Shown: piece by piece, positions 25,331-38,150 of the stretch
How the letters are laid out: the number at the start of each line of letters is the position of its first letter
Position numbering within the stretch: the first letter of the stretch is position 1
NCBI RefSeq assembly: GCF_018977255.1
Contig: NW_024704743.1
Span: forward strand, 19,656,001 to 19,720,000
Direction of reading: 5' to 3'
Length of the DNA stretch: 64,000 nucleotides
Source: Callorhinchus milii
Lineage: Eukaryota
Translations under genes and position numbers: made by a program
The notes under the pieces: model-generated
Database searches by the model: none
What the model was told of the DNA's origin: nothing
What the model saw: the letters and a program-made list of their open reading frames with translations, nothing else

Positions 25331-28300
25331 TCGGAGAGGTAAGGAGCTGCCAGGGTGAAAAGGGATTTGCAAAAGAACCCATGGGCTTGCATTCCTCTGT
25401 GATCGTATTGTGTAAAGAGTGTGGTGTGTTCCACTGTGAGGATGAACCTGTACTGCTTGAAATATGACTGTGTGTATTCATATGTGTCTAACTTAGGGAT
25501 ATGCTTTCATATTCTGATCTGCCCTTACAATACTTTCACATATCCTAGGATAGCAGAACAAGAGAGTACATTGTCAGGGTTGCAAAGAGCAATTTCAGGA
25601 CCAACACCGAGGAGTACTTATTTACCCAGAGGTAATTAATGAGTGGAACAGGTTGCCAGGAAGGATAGTTGAGGCCATGACACTGGACTCATTTAAGAAT
25701 TAGCTTAATGCTGTAAAGGGAGGGTGGAAGATTTAGAATTCTGGAAGTATGAAATTAATTGGACCAAGAGGCTTTCTACTTATGATCTCCCTTGTGATCC
25801 TATGGTAATCATTACTTCAAAGATCCAGATCTTTCATATTATGATCAGACTTTTCCTGTATTTCGGCCTATAATTGTTAATATAGTTCCGATATGGACTG
25901 GAATGTGAAGTTCAGGAGAAAAGTACAAAAATACATTGTTTTGTGTTTTCACATATTTGAATAGAGGAATTTTATAATAATACTAATAGTCCTTAAATTT
26001 GCTATAATGTTTATAATGCCTATATAACACCAAGAATGTCTCAAAGCACTTTCAAAGTTTTTGTATGGTTTAATGACTTGTGTATTTATGGGTGAACACA
26101 GCAGCCAATTTGCACACAGCAAAGTCCCAAAAACAACCATTAAGTGAATGATTGTATCTGGGAGATTGATAGCCAGGACGTTGGGATAAAGGCTCCCTTC
26201 TCTTTTTGAATGGTGCCATGGGATCTTTAGCACAGCCATCGATGTTGAGACAAAGAGGCTAAGGGAAGTCCAACAGGCTTGAGTTTGCAGAGCAGAGAAA
26301 GTTTGCGGGAGAGTGCAGCTGAAGGAGATTGCAGAATGAGATCAAAAGGAGGGGACAGGGGCTGCAATAGGAAGTAAGATTGATATGAATTGAAACTAAA
26401 TTAGCAATCGCATTCAGGAATACAGTAAAGATAGCTGATATGGTAAATGGGTAAATTCATATTGGTGCAGTAGAGGGCCTCTCTTTTGAGGTTGAGGCAT
26501 ACTGTCGTGTCACAATACAGCGAGGTGTAATCACTCGTTGACTGATGCTAATCCTCATTTGAAATGGTTGCTGCTGACAACAACAGAAAAATGTTTTGTC
26601 CCTGAGCACTGACATCCCTCACATTGAAAAACACACAAATATAAATTAAAATCCATCTCCTGATTCTACGGAAAGGCACCCCGTTGTGCATACTGTCATT
26701 GTGTGGAAACCAATTAATAACACCGTTTACACCATAACTCATATTATTGTTCTTTCAACACATTTCATGTGCTCACTTGTGGTGGAGAGTCAGCACTGAA
26801 TAGCATTACACCTATATTACGTTGTGCCTGATATTCACACAAAGCAAAGGAGATTCAAGTTCATGAAGAGGAAAATGGATGACTGTGAGAAAGGAACTAA
26901 AAATTGAAATCTATAAATATCTCATAAAGATTCATGATAGGGTGCCTAATTTTGATAAGGCAGTGAGCTTAATGTCTGCTTCATGTCTGTCCAAAGCTTG
27001 TAATTTTTAATATCAATCACTAGCTTTAAGTGTAGCATAATAATGAGGAGAAAAACAAGTTATTGCATACATTTCTATCTTACTAACCCACACTTGTTAA
27101 TACTGTACCTATTCTACAATGCAAAGCATTGTCTAGGTTCAGTGAAAACGGGTACTGTGCAAAATACACTTATTGTGATCATTTGGGAGGTAAGAAATCA
27201 GAAGCATTTTATTCTAAACTCTTGCGATGATTGTGCGTTGGGCTCAGTTTGCTTGGAATGCCAAGTATGCCAATAATACTCATTGAGTTGATTTTAATAG
27301 CATTATGAGACAGTAATTTATCTGACTTCAGTGTGGATACTGTGGAACCTGCATGTTGCAGTTTTAGTACATTTTGGAAATTCTGAAGCACAGACTGGGT
27401 AATTCACTAATATATCAAGGTATTATTCTGTCTCATATTTCGACGGAAAAGAAAAGCATTTGGATTTACACAACAACTGTAAAAATCCCAAAGGGTAATG
27501 ATCCAGAGTTCACTGCGAATTACAATGCACCATTTATTCGCATTTGCCGAACTTATTTCAAATGTTCTTCCCTCCAACTGGTCTTCATGCTTAGCGAACA
27601 ATTTAATTCTTCTGTTTTTTTAATCTCTTTGTTCTGCTCCGCGAGCTAGTGCTCTGTGACAGTCGGTCTTAGGAGTCCAGTATTCCAGGGCACTGCTGAT
27701 GACAGCACAGCCAGGTTGGCTCATCAGCAGGACTTGGAAGGGCAGACCAGTCACTGGGAACAGGGACTCTTCCAATTCAGCTCATGTTAATGTGTTAGCC
27801 AAAGCTCTAACAGGTGGGATGGTCCTCGCTGGACAAGCAGTGGGAAAACTTGCTAGGCAGTGCTCTAAATGGCAAGCTATGCGATTTTAGCTGGTTAGAC
27901 TTCAAGCCTTGGCTGTTTCCAACTGCGCCTAATACGTTTTGGGATTAGCAGGATGTGTCCCTCCAGGAGAGATTGAAGAGATCAGAGATGCAGGAGAGAT
28001 GACTGGAGGCAAGGAGTATGGCTTCCGTCTTGTTAACATCTAGTTGCAGGAAGTTCACGCTCATCCAGATAATGATGTCTGCCAGACAAGCTGACAGAAC
28101 ATCAGCAGACATGGATTCGCAGCTGAAGAGCAGAGGTAGATTTGGAAGTAGATTTGAAATAAGGAACGACTTTAAAGCACATTCAGATCTAAAATGCAAT
28201 ATTTGCAAATAGTAACTCGGAATCCATTCTTACTTAGCCTTTTTTGGTTTCAAATTTACGATCACACAGAATCATAGAAATTCTTAAATTCATTCTCAAT

Positions 28301-31126
28301 TTGGAAGCTGTTTCCTTTTGAGAACCATGGAAAACAAGAACAATTTACGTTTATATAGTACATAGGATAACGTCTTTGCTATAAGATAAAGTAAAGATGA
28401 GGTTGTATGCTGAGCAGCAGAGGGGGAAAGGTGAAAGATGACCATAGATCCAATTGAAGAGGAAGGGTCTTAGGCAGGATTTAAAGATACAGGGAGAGGG
28501 TGTGAGACAGAGGGTCATAGTATCTGAAAACTGGCTTTGAAATTAAGGCTGAAGATTTTCAACAATTAGGTACAATCTTAATTTTTTTGGAATTTTTGAC
28601 CACAGGTTACAAATACAAACTCTAAGCAGTAATAATAATAATAAAATCCTGACAGTAATTGGAAGTGTGTCTTCCAACCCGAGGGAACTTTGCTCCAAAG
28701 CAATCTACTTGAGTGGTGTAATGTACTTCCAAATATTGGCAGGAGTCAATGTTTGCAAATATTGTGTTAGGAGTTTTTAAGGAGTTCTGAATAGACCAAG
28801 AAGAAAATATTGGACAACTGAGGTTGAGAACTCAATATTGGCTACTGCTAACATTTCCGCTGCTTCTAACCAACAAGGAGTTTGTCTGAATCTTTAAATT
28901 GTTTAAATTAAGTTTTAATACATCGTAGATGTCAAAATCCCCTCTCTATTTACTGCTAAATACAAACCTGATAAAATAACACGCAATGCAGGAAAAACTA
29001 CATTTTATTACAATAAAAATAATGATCCTTGCATTTGATAATGTAGCTATAGAATTGTAACATCTCAAAACATTTTACAAGTAATCACTGTAAAGTGAAG
29101 TGACGTGTGTTTGTAAGCCAATTTTCAGAAGCTGTTCCTGAGCTCAGTGCTACTTTTAGCAACATTCTTATTGCTGTATTTTGAGCCAGTTGTGAAGCAA
29201 CCTGTTAAAATTCGTATTCTACCAACAATCATCAAAGTACAGTGAAACAACAACAAATACTCAATGTCTAGTGCTTAATCACCATTACAGTTGAGTGAAG
29301 CAAGAAATCTTACACATTCAGGGTTGTTAATAGATTCTGCAAAGCAATGTTCTGTTCTATTCGTGAAATTCTCCCCAGAACAAGGGCACCCCATCCTGCG
29401 GCTCAAAATTGCATTTAGTCTGAAAAAACATCTGTGTTAAGATGTCAGAATTATGGAAAAATCATAAATTTATTCTAAATTTGAAATGAATTCTTTTCAA
29501 CAACTGCAGAAACCAGCTTGAAAATGTAAGAATTTTTCCACAATTCTGTGCGGTCTTAAATTCAAATAAGGATCATCTGTGAATAGGTAGTGCAAGATCA
29601 TTTCTTTCAGGGAAAGTGTGCGAAAGAAACTATCTGTACAGCTCACAGCTTATAAGACAATACTATATTAGTTTTTTTTAAAGTAAACAATTTCTGGGAA
29701 TGAAAAGAATTCATTACCAGGGTCATTACCTGAGTTACCAGGGTCAAAATTGTGAAATTCTTAAAACACATTTTGTTTCAGATTTAAGTAATGATTTTAA
29801 AATGTGCTTTGGAATTCCCTCCTCACGAATTCTGACTAAGGGGAGCAAAAAGCCTCGAGAGCCACCATCTTGGATTCTCACTTAAGTTTTCAAATCCCGA
29901 AAACTACCTTGCTGAGTGTACTGGCCTAACTCAAATTGGGTTAAAATTTCAGTTGGCATTACACTGCCATTGCCTCAATCCCTCCAACTTACCCCCCTCT
30001 TTGTCCACCTTCATATCGCACCTGAAGACTTTCCTCTTAAACCATGCCTATGGTCACCTCTCCTTTTTTCCCTGCTCGGCATCAGACCGCACCACGGGCT
30101 CCAAGACACGCACTTGAAGGGTGCTATATAAACACAAGTTGTTACTGTTGTTTGCTATTAGTGAGATTCCACCCATTACTATCGTGTATTTCCAAAGGCA
30201 CGGCACGTAACACAGCCCAGAATTTCAACCCAAATATGAGATAGGGCAGGATCCTATGAACAAATCTGGTTAGGTCTGTGGAACCCACCTCAAAAAAAAT
30301 GTTCATAACTATAATCAGGGTAGAGGCGTCGAGCTCTGCAGAAACACAGTAAAGGCGATTCAATATGTAAAACACTGGTTATCAGCATAAGGTCTGAGTG
30401 CCTCAGTTAAAATACCTTTGGACCTTGATCTGTCATTCGGGAGCCACTAATTCTAACCCACTATGGCCCACTAAATCTAAAATCCTTTCTCTGGACCACA
30501 GAAGTAGAGGTTCTGAACAGCCTTTTAAACCCATTTAAGTGCAAGCTAAAGGAAAGAAGAGGAAAATTAACCTGTTTTTGTGAAGCGGAAAATTCTTTAC
30601 ACCATGGTTATGCAGATTGCTTTGACTTTATCAATATCATTTCAATGCACAAAGAGAAAAGATGTTGGAGACATTTGCATACAGTAATTGAGCTTTCTCT
30701 ATGAAGCTTTCAGACAAGTTGAAAAATGTTCAATAATCATTTATTTCAACAAAATCATTTTCCCAGCTGAGAAGATGTTTGAGGCATAATTCTGTTGGCT
30801 TGGCTGAGCTATCTTTGGAAGAGTTCAGAAATGTTTTTTTGGCAAATAATTTGACCTAACGTAACTGTGAACAATTACGTGGAGGAAGTTTATATGAAAC
30901 TGTTACGTGACACTGTCATTCGTGAAATCTCTTTATAATGATCACTGAGCACTATACTCCATCAACCTCCACCAACCTACGAGACACCCAAGGAATGTGT
31001 TTAATTTATTTCCAAGAGCTACTGTAACTAGTCTCAAATGCACTCAAAACAAAATCACAAAAATGAATAGCACAAACCGTAATGGAATTATTTCCAAATT
31101 TTTCTAAATATCACAGTAAAAGGTGA

Positions 31127-31234
<108 letters not shown>

Positions 31235-31571
31235 TAGTGCTTGGTCCCAGAAATAGCAATAAAACAAAATGAAAGTGATAATAGAATTTTATTAGTTTCT
31301 CCACCTCATTAAATCGTCGTTGTGAAAGCCATCAGCTATAACACGTGTAAGCACGTTAAAGGTATTGAAGTGAAAGGATGAATGGCTTTCAATTTTAAGA
31401 AGAACCATCTTATCTTATTGCACCCATTATGATAAGTATTATGTCCAGACAATGGTTTCCTTGCACTATTTGGACTTTGTAATTTGTCTACTGCTCTTCG
31501 AGAAGTTGCTTACCCGAGACGGTTGGTTTCCTTACTCTGCTGAAGAAAACCTGTATCTCCTTCTGTTACAG

Positions 31572-31731
31572 TCTAAAGATAAAACCTGTGACACCAGCTC
31601 TGAAGAAGGGATTCCTGCTTCTTCATCCACACCAACTGTTGCTACAACAACTACAAAACCCAGAGTGCTAAGCACCGCCACCACAACTGCTTACACATCT
31701 GGTATTCCTACATCCTGCCTAACTACAGAAG
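31572..31731 (+). CDS. PLXDC2: PLXDC2 Ser/Thr-rich stalk exon (160 nt, phase 0 to 1)
   Basis: Acceptor ccttctgttacag, donor gtatgc. Translates SKDKTCDTSSEEGIPASSSTPTVATTTTKPRVLSTATTTAYTSGIPTSCLTTE; lies within ORF 31452..31811. Confidence 0.93.
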
Positions 31732-34026
31732 GTATGCAGCAAAGTATTGGTTATTGTTGTCACTTGGAAAGGAACCCCACAGTCCATTTGAGAAGAGCTG
31801 TCAATGGATGAGCAAACGTAGCAGCAGCACACATTCCAGTCATGACTGGATGGTTAAGATTATCACCCATCGCGAAGTTAATTTCCAGATATTACCTGAA
31901 ATATTTCATTTTCAGATTGTACAACCAAACCATAGCATATTTTTTACATTTTTTTTAAGCTTAATACAATACAGCTCCCCTCCAGCAATCACACAACAAA
32001 CCACATGGCTTTCACATAAGAGCGTTTTAGAGACTAAGAGGGAGAAGGATGAAGGTGCATCTTAGCAGAACGCTCAGCAAAATAAACCCCTGGAACTTGA
32101 CAGCTACATCATGTCTTGTTAGTTGGATTCAAATGTTGCATATCAAAGTAATTAGTTACTGTCTCTGGATGAAAATAAACACAACCGCGTGGCTGGGTGA
32201 CAGATGATAACTCAAATCGTATCTGAAGATCTTCCTCTTTGATCATGCCTATAGTCATATCGTCTCTCTCCTGCACTCGGCATCAACCTCCACCACCCTA
32301 CAAGACACCCACCCACATGAAGGGCTCTATATAAATGCAAGTTGTTGTTGTTGGATTATTTTCAGGCAGAATTAAAAGCTGTTTTGCATGAAAGACTGTT
32401 CAATTTCAAAGCTGATACTGACTAATAATAGAGGCTGAGACTTTGCATTAAGAACATTTGCAGAAGAAAGATGGAAATCAGGTGCATATTAAAAACTTCC
32501 CTTGTACAGTATTTCCTTAATACTTGTTTTGTGTAGAGTAGACAATGTGAATTAGAATGTGTACATTACTCCATTATAAAACCTTTCTAGACTTGTTGGA
32601 TTTTTACAAATTCCATAAGTGTCTCCATAAGGATTTAATTTGTCAGAGTTGTGATTCCAGTGAATCCTGTAGCAACCTGAGTAAAGACCTATTCCCTGAT
32701 GTTTGTGCTGAAATTGCCCTTTGCAACTCAAATGTTTCTGCCATTTGGGCGAGCTTTCATCCTGAAGGCCCTCCACCTCATCCGTCCCACCTTTAAAGTC
32801 TGCCTCTCCCCCCCACTAATACTTCAGTTGTTGAATCACTTTGAAACATATATACATATATATATTTCATATATATTTGCAAATAGCTTTATTTTTTGTG
32901 CTGTATTGGTACATCTGAAAATATTGTTCTGGATTTACCTTCTCAATCCCATTTAAATTTTTAAGTAACTCTATCACATCCCTTCCCATTTAAAATTACA
33001 TTATGCTTAGTTAAAATGAGGATCATGGAAAATAAATACATCTTGCACGGAATGATGGTTGCCCAGCCCATCTGCCTCAACAATAAGACTTGGAGTTGCA
33101 AACATGTCTTCAGCCCTGCGAGCCACAACCCTGTTAGTGCCATCCCAGCAAGACAACTGCTTCAAAACATATCAGTGTTTCATACTGGTATGTTGTGAAT
33201 TTACCATTATTTTTTCTCTCTACAGGCACATCAGAAGGCTGAGAGTACTGTCATTGTTGAGAGTAACAGCATTGACAATATCAGACCTCTAATGGGATTT
33301 CCATTATTGTACATTGTTAATAACCCATGCATTAACTCTGACAGCAATTTCAGTCCTTATACTCTTACACAACCTAATCTCATTGAACATTTGAGCATTG
33401 TGCCTCAGATTTCTATGCTTGTCAATATATGTCAAATCAAGTTGCATATTAAATATTTGGCTTCAATAAAAGTAATTATGTAAGAGGTAAAAATGTTAAA
33501 CTCTTTGTATCACAACGTAATTGCAGTTTTTCTTGCCAGCTGTGCTTATTCACTGTCAATTCCACTATCGGGCCTCTCTGTAGCAAGGCTGGGATTTTAT
33601 AGATCACAAACACCATGTTATAATAGGACTTTACTGTATTTATAGTTTTTTTTCTCAATTCCTGCAAATTTTTATGCTGTGGTGTAACTAAACACTGACT
33701 GGACCATTTTCAGTCCAGCTGTTTTTATTGGTCTTTGTCATATATAACCAACATTTTACCAAATCTGGCTGCTAAGTAACTCCTGTACAGGAATCGCCAT
33801 GTTCTCGTTTACTCCCTATGGTGAACCAAAATTGATCTCTGCAAATTCTGTACAAGATAGATTAGGTGAAACTTCACTGTCAACATCAATCGATTCAAAT
33901 ATGCAGTGGCTTCCTGAATATTGCTGCTGGAATTGTCATGTGTTTGTACTGATAAGCTAATAAGCGCACTTAAATATAGGTCTCTCTTGGAAGCTGACAG
34001 TAACTTGCATTTCAAATCTCTTGCAG

Positions 34027-34065
34027 ATGACACAAAGATTGCTCTGCATCTGAAGGACAATGGAG
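34027..34065 (+). CDS. PLXDC2: PLXDC2 39-nt exon (phase 1 to 1)
   Basis: Acceptor tctcttgcag, donor gtaagt. Translates (D)DTKIALHLKDNG, identical to the recalled PLXDC2 juxtamembrane segment. Confidence 0.95.
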
Positions 34066-35777
34066 GTAAGTGTTCAGTGTATTTAACCACTTTTGCTGAA
34101 TTTTATTTGTTTTAACTATCTTTGGTGCTTTACATCTGCCTAACAGTTTCACAGTGTAAACATATTGGAAGATAATGGAGGTGTCACTGGTTTGCAGTTA
34201 CCTTTTCTCGAAGCACATTTTCAAAATCTTTTACAAGTCATCCATGTCTTTTAACAATCATTTTATAGCTGCAGTAAAACCCTGTCCAGAATTAGGAATA
34301 ATTAAACTCAATAGTATATTACAGGACGATTTGCACTTAACAGTTTATGAAATGATATTATTCATCGATTAAGGGATAATATTATAACATGCTCAATAGC
34401 ATTGTAATATTTAAGATCAGTTAGAATTCTTGAAATTTGGAACACAATTGAATCCAATTTTAATTTGGTTTCCAAATGAATACTGAAATGAAGAAACTTT
34501 CCAAAATTCTTATTAATCTTAAATTTTAAGTCAATGTTTTTGAAGCTGGGACCATGTAAATGCAACTTCTATGAGGGATTTGGGAATTTTGGTCACATAA
34601 ACTGAATCTGTTACATTGAGTGTTATGCAACTGCTTTGAATTGCAAGTCACTGTACATTTTTTTAAATAGCATTGATCAATAAAAGTAATCATGCTAAAG
34701 GTAAGTTTGCTAACTTGCCTCTTTGTTGATGTGATGTGCTTATAAATGGTCTTTGAGATTCCTACCTGAAGACTTTTACATATGCAGTGAATCTGGAGAG
34801 CTTTGTAAATTCTTGAAAGTGGACATTTCCTGTAATCCTGTCAGACATCAGTCAGCTACTGTGCCAATCTTGTACTTCACATGTGGTTCAAATCTATTTG
34901 AAATAGTGATTCACGCTGTGAATTTTGCATTTCTCATTAGCAGAAAAAGTAACTTACTGTGCAGGTTGAATTGTAACCACCTCACTCACTTTTGTGATTC
35001 ATTTTTATTCGGTTCAACGGATAATAATAATACACATTTTTTAAAAAGTATGATCTTGTTATGACCACAGAATCCTGAACACAACATATTTTGCTTCAGA
35101 AAATCTTGAACTAATGCACTATGCTGCTCCTAGGCAAGCAAGTGCATTTATTGCCTGTCTAGTGCAAATATGACCCTTGGTGTCTCTACAGACTGAGTTA
35201 GTCTAATTTTGTCCCTGCTGCCTTTAGTTAATCCCCAGAGGAACAGCATCAACAATGAAAAGACTTGTGAATGCAAAGACTGCACTGAGTGACATGTTCC
35301 AGTTTACTTCATTTATCAAAATGTATAAGGGATAGCACAGGTAGAGGCATTTAAAGAAGAAATTATAAGACTAGAATCTCTCCCACTGTTCGTAATCCTG
35401 ACCTGTAGCATCAAACCTATTAAAGGAGCCCTACAGTGGAGACATTTACCTCAGCTTTTAGAACAACCCAACCGATTGCCTTCAAGATTTTCTAGTCTCT
35501 TCAAACCAGTCGGGCTCTAGACTTTAGAAAGTGAATGTTTTTTCTTAACTCCGTTTTGTTACAGTCAGAAAATACAGGACCTGCTTTCATAGAAGAGGAA
35601 GTCCCAGAATAGGCTAGAAAGGCAGCACTCCATTCTACCGATCTCAACCACTATGAAAACCATGCATATTTCATGGCTGTTCACAGGAAATAATGGCATC
35701 TTTGGAATACGGGACACAGTTTAATATATGGTGATAAATAATCCTATCATCATTGGTTTGTACACTATATTTATTTT

Positions 35778-36160
35778 TGGTCAGCCGGGTGCCTGACACG
35801 TGCGGAAACCTTATCAAAGGGCTTAAGAGTGTCCAATGACTGAGAGGACCATTTGTGCCACCTACACATAGAAATTCTCTTGTCTGAAATGGAATGCACT
35901 ATCTCTCCCTGTAGGGATGCGTTCTGCTCACCGAAATCCAGAGAGTATTAGGAGCAGGTTGGCAAGAGCCAAAGCTTCAGGACTCCAGAGTTTGTATTGA
36001 AGTATTACTGGAGTCTAACCAACTAAAACTGAATAGCTTGCCATTTAGAGCACTGTCTGGCAAGCTTCCCGTTGCTTGTCCAATAAAGGACTATGCTACC
36101 CATTAGGGCTTTGGCTCACCCCGGGATAACAGTAGCTGAGTGGAAAGAATCCCTGCCCCT
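35778..36160 (-). repeat. Unclassified structured repeat, terminal 380 nt with T-rich flank
   Basis: TATTTATTTTT|GGTCAGCCGGGTGCCTGACACGTGCGGAAACC...; same terminus as copies at 451, 8116, 10955 and 48152. Confidence 0.87.
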
Positions 36161-37439
36161 CAAATCCTACTTTATAGATACTTTATCTGTTTGAAATTAG
36201 TTAAGAAAAGAAGGATGACACTTTAATCTTCAGTAGATATCAAACACAGGCTAAGATTAAACTGCAAGCTCTTCTGGCACTTATAATATTTGTTGTGCAC
36301 AATTTCTCCTGGCCAAAAATCTTCCACGTAAGATTAGCCATTCACTTTGTGGCTGTTTGTGAGATGTCACCATATAAATATTGACTACCTGAGTTTGCCT
36401 CCAAATACAGAAATACTACGTAAATCCTGTGAAGCATTCTGAGGCATCTCAACAATTTGATGAGGTGACATGATAAGGCGCTATAAATAATGCAAGGTTT
36501 ATTATTAATTTTCTGCAAACTTCAAGGAAATATTATTGAGGAGATTTTCGGTGTGTAGCATCTCAACAACTTTCAAGACGACTGCCAAAATGTTTCTGAG
36601 CTACAGATTGATCTGCACAGTGAAAACATGAAGAGAATTGAACTCCAGGAACCTCAACCTCTTGTTATTGATCCACAAGCAGTGCAAGTAAAGTGCAGTC
36701 TAACTATTGATTTCCTTTCTTATAATGTACTCTTCTTCCTCAGTGCCCACAAGACAGTAACGTGAAAGGGATTATCTAGCCCTAATTTCACCTCTGTCAA
36801 CGGACTGGTCTGTTTCAAGTTAATTACAAAAGGACGAAATAGGTTATGGTCAGATTTTCAGGAGATACTGATTCAGTATACAAATTGACTACCTGCGTTT
36901 GCACCAAAACTTTCTTGTGATCATGATAACTCCTGAGGCATTGGCTACTAGAAATCGCTCATGCCTGCTTTCAAAGATCCTTTTATGTACGTATATAATA
37001 AGAAGAATAGTAACAATCTTTGAATTTCATATAGCATCTTATTTCATTGTCAAAATATCTCAAAGTGCTTCACAAGATTTTACTGTAAAGTGTAGTGACT
37101 GTGTATTTGTATGCAAACATCCGAATTGCACACAGAAACATTCCATAAACAGCCAGCAAATGAATGGCCATTTATAGCTGGCGGGGGCGTGGGGGGAGGG
37201 AGGGGTTATTGGGCAGAATACCAGTTGAAACTTAATTCTCTTTTCGAATAGTATCATGCTATTATTGTCCACCTGAGGAGGCAGATGGGACCTTGGTTTA
37301 ATTAGAAAGGAAATGGGGGATATTATAAAGGAATGAGCACAATGATATTTTTAGAATGGTACAGTCCGGATGGGCTGTAATGCTCTTTAACAATCTTGGT
37401 CAATCTTTCATTCCTAAGTACTTGTGAAGCTAATGTTTA

Positions 37440-38150
37440 TTCATCCTTTGTCACCTCCAGGCTTGATTTCTCTGCTCGCTAGCCTTCCTAATTCGCCTTC
37501 CACAAGCAGAACTGCAGCCAATATCCTCTTGCACCCCATACTCCATAAGGCAATAACCCTCATTACCGTCAGGCTTCACTAGCTTCCTATTTCCCAGTGG
37601 ATCGACATTGAGATGCTTATTTTTACTTACAAATGCCTCCCTACCGTTTGCCCATTCTACCTCTCTGAAAAAAGGAATGGAGTAGGAGAAGATCACAGAG
37701 ATAGGGACACTCGGGTTAGCATCTTGGGGTGCTTAACATTAGTGGAACTTGACACAGAGCCTGGTAGAGAAGGGAGATGACCATCAGCACTGCAGGTGTT
37801 ATATGAAGACAGACAAGGAAGGGCAAGGTGGAGGGATCGAGGCAGGGAGTTTCAGAGTTTCGGAGCATAGTTGCTGAGAGCACGATTGCCGATGGTGGAG
37901 CGGAGGAGGTGAAGGATATGCAGAAGGCCTGAGCCAGCTGAGCAATGGGGAGGGGTTATTGGAGTGGGTTGTGAGCAGGTCAGAGAGGTAGGGAGGTGAT
38001 AAGGAATGAAGTGATTTATACATGAATGTGAGGATCTTGAAATGGATCCGTTCTGCAATAGGGAACCAGTGAAGCCTGCCAAGGACTCTGGTGATAATGA
38101 TGTGGAGTTTGGTACGGGTGAGGATATGGTCAGCAATGTTTTTAATAAAA
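37440..38150. mobile_element. Two old L2 fragments in opposite orientation (+ about 37440-37670, - about 37760-38150)
   Basis: CAGAACTGCAGC...CTTCACTAGCTTCCTATT on +; ORF 37799..38023(-) YKSLHSLSPPYLSDLL. Other L2 3' fragments at about 10305-10570(-), 45900-46270(+), 50165-50895(+), 53980-54205(+), 55680-56070(-), 58630-58930(+). Confidence 0.78.

Noticed and set aside
27694..27729. CTGATGA in the structured repeat as a hammerhead core
   Set aside because: In neither orientation is the following stem followed by GAAA; the motif is one arm of a simple hairpin.
32552..32776. Minus-strand 74-aa ORF as a nested gene
   Set aside because: No recognisable homology, no supporting splice partners, and its start lies in an L2-like fragment.
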